Shown here: piece after piece, positions 62,363 to 64,000 of the stretch
How the letters are laid out: each line of letters opens with the position of its first letter
Numbering within the stretch: the stretch's first letter is position 1
NCBI GenBank assembly: GCA_905235595.1
Contig: CAJOMG010000005.1
Span: 7,119 to 71,118, forward strand
DNA: 64,000 nucleotides
Direction of reading: 5' to 3'
Source: an uncultured Desulfovibrio sp.
GTDB taxonomy: Bacteria > Desulfobacterota > Desulfovibrionia > Desulfovibrionales > Desulfovibrionaceae
Translations under genes and position numbers: made by a program
The notes under the pieces: model-generated
The model's database searches: none
What the model was told of the DNA's origin: nothing
What the model saw: the letters and a program-made list of their open reading frames with translations, nothing else

Positions 62363-63211
62363 TTAACCACTCTTTAACTTTTCTTCCATTTCGGCAAAAG
62401 TCGGACGGAAGGGATAGGGTATGGCACGGCGACCGTATTCCACGGCAATCAATGGCGTGGAACCGCGAATGGCAGCGGCCACGGCCTCCTTGATGGCATG
62501 GTAATAAAAATGCTCTTCCGCTGCAAAATTCTCCAGCTTGGAACCCATAGGGCCAAAAAAGCCATAACAGGCCAAAATACCCAAAAAGGTACCCACCATG
62601 GCTGCGCCGATATGATGCCCCAGCACTTCCGGCGGCTCGTTGATCTTCCCCATAGTTACAACAACACCGATAACGCAGGCAACAATGCCCATACCAGGCA
62701 AGGATTCGGCCATATGCGAAACGGAATGCGCGGGCAACAGACTCTCTTCCTGAATGGTTTCAATGTCCAGATCCATGAGGCTATCAATATCCGCGGGGTC
62801 GCCCGTAGTCAGATAGACACGCAGGGTATCTCCAATAAAGTTGACGACGGTACTGTTCTTTGTGACATTTGGGTACTTGGTGAAAATAGGGCTGGATTCC
62901 GGTTTCTCCACATCGCTTTCAATGCTGATAACGCCATCACGATGCATTTTGGAAAAGAGTGCATAGAGCAACGCAAGTGTTTCCAGATAACGTGCTTTAC
63001 TGGAACCAGGATCGGCAAAGAGTCGCTTCAGATTTTTGAGAATAAGACCGAATGTATATTTTGTCTGCCCGGCAAAAAACGCTCCCAATCCACTGCCCAA
63101 AATGATAAGAAGTTCGGCAGGTTGCACCATCACGCCCCAATCGCCATGGGACATGGTATAGCCCCCAGCTACGCAACCGCAAACGATGATGATGCCTATA
63201 AGTAAATACAT
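62363..63211 (-). CDS. motA: Flagellar stator protein MotA
   Basis: [43 protein letters not shown]. coli-type 282 aa. Confidence 0.93.
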   Translation of the reverse strand: MYLLIGIIIVCGCVAGGYTMSHGDWGVMVQPAELLIILGSGLGAFFAGQTKYTFGLILKNLKRLFADPGSSKARYLETLALLYALFSKMHRDGVISIESDVEKPESSPIFTKYPNVTKNSTVVNFIGDTLRVYLTTGDPADIDSLMDLDIETIQEESLLPAHSVSHMAESLPGMGIVACVIGVVVTMGKINEPPEVLGHHIGAAMVGTFLGILACYGFFGPMGSKLENFAAEEHFYYHAIKEAVAAAIRGSTPLIAVEYGRRAIPYPFRPTFAEMEEKLKSG

Positions 63212-63493
63212 TACCGTACCTGTATATGGAGTCGTTGCAGGGCAACTATCGTTTACTACGTCAAGAGACTAAAAATCTTTAGCCCTGCAAGGGGTATATA
63301 TCATCGTCAAAGACACAATTTCACACCCAGCACACTGGCAGATGCACATCCTGCCACTGCGCTGGAAAGATATCGTACCCCCCTTCTTACCTGCGACAAA
63401 TATGATTCTATCATGCCATTCTCCATACCGCAATGCTCGCGCACTGCTTTCGGGGGGATGACGCACAAACAAGTTTTACGTTACAAACAGCCA

Positions 63494-64000
63494 ATGAAAA
63501 CTCCCCCCTCAACCGTCCAGAGATGCAGGCTACCACCGGCCCTGATGTTCCAAGGCACCAGCTCAAATGCGGGCAAAAGCCTCCTCACGGCGGCACTGTG
63601 CCGTCTGCTGAGCAGAGAGGGACTGCGCGTAGCCCCCTTTAAAGCTCAGAACATGTCGCTTAATTCCTTTGTGACTGCCGACGGCGGAGAGATGGGCCGC
63701 GCCCAGGCAATACAGGCCGCGGCGTGTGGGCTTGATGCGGATGTTCGTATGAATCCCGTATTGCTCAAGCCCACATCGGACACGGGTTCGCAGGTTATTG
63801 TGCTTGGCAGGCCCGTAGGGTACATGCGCGTGAAAGCATACTTTCACTACAAGCCGCAGGCATGGAAGGCCGTATGCCGAGCTTATCGCAGCCTCGCAGC
63901 AGAAGTTGATGTCATGGTGCTGGAAGGCGCTGGCAGTCCTGCTGAAATAAACCTTCGGCAGCATGACATCGTCAACATGCGTATGGCCCGCTATGCCGGG
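63494..64000 (+). CDS. cobQ: Cobyric acid synthase, 3' end runs off the window (absent from the ORF track)
   Basis: Hand translation gives [13 protein letters not shown]...[13 protein letters not shown]...MNPVLLKP...[12 protein letters not shown]...DIVNM. Confidence 0.95.
   Translation, partial: MKTPPSTVQRCRLPPALMFQGTSSNAGKSLLTAALCRLLSREGLRVAPFKAQNMSLNSFVTADGGEMGRAQAIQAAACGLDADVRMNPVLLKPTSDTGSQVIVLGRPVGYMRVKAYFHYKPQAWKAVCRAYRSLAAEVDVMVLEGAGSPAEINLRQHDIVNMRMARYAG

Noticed and set aside
61451-63211. Zorya (ZorA/ZorB) anti-phage system
   Set aside because: MotA is canonical 282 aa without the long ZorA tail, and no zorC/D/E genes are adjacent

Overview
This window looks like core chromosome of a Desulfovibrionaceae-like deltaproteobacterium. 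That assignment is inferred from protein sequences and gene order: pnp-rpsO-truB-DHH-DUF503-infB-ylxR-nusA-rimP, an atp operon lacking subunits a and c, and a cobA-hemD fusion. Housekeeping blocks are pyrK/pyrD, aroL, atpF'FHAGDC, groESL, mdtABC, rpmE-prfA, the pnp to rimP translation operon, murI, HU, tRNA-Ser(TGA), hemW, pepA-cobA/hemD-purN, motAB and a partial cobQ. There are three accessory patches. (1) 1-5.2 kb: hydrolase and redox genes around a decayed IS4-like scar. (2) 21-24 kb: an AT-rich GT41 (OGT/SPINDLY-like) plus GT47 (exostosin-like) glycosyltransferase pair. (3) 53-56.2 kb: an integrase-less island remnant behind tRNA-Ser carrying queE, queD, lplA and an orphan secreted protein. 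The best candidates for new biology are the GT41+GT47 pair as a cytoplasmic glycosylation cassette, a coupled GNAT+SDR pair resembling bacterial ceramide synthase and reductase, and a ~70-nt sigma54-driven sRNA with anti-Shine-Dalgarno seeds. infB carries a +1 frameshift after its N-terminal domain. No CRISPR array, rRNA, intact transposase, integrase or reverse transcriptase was seen. All family assignments come from motif recognition by eye, not database searches.
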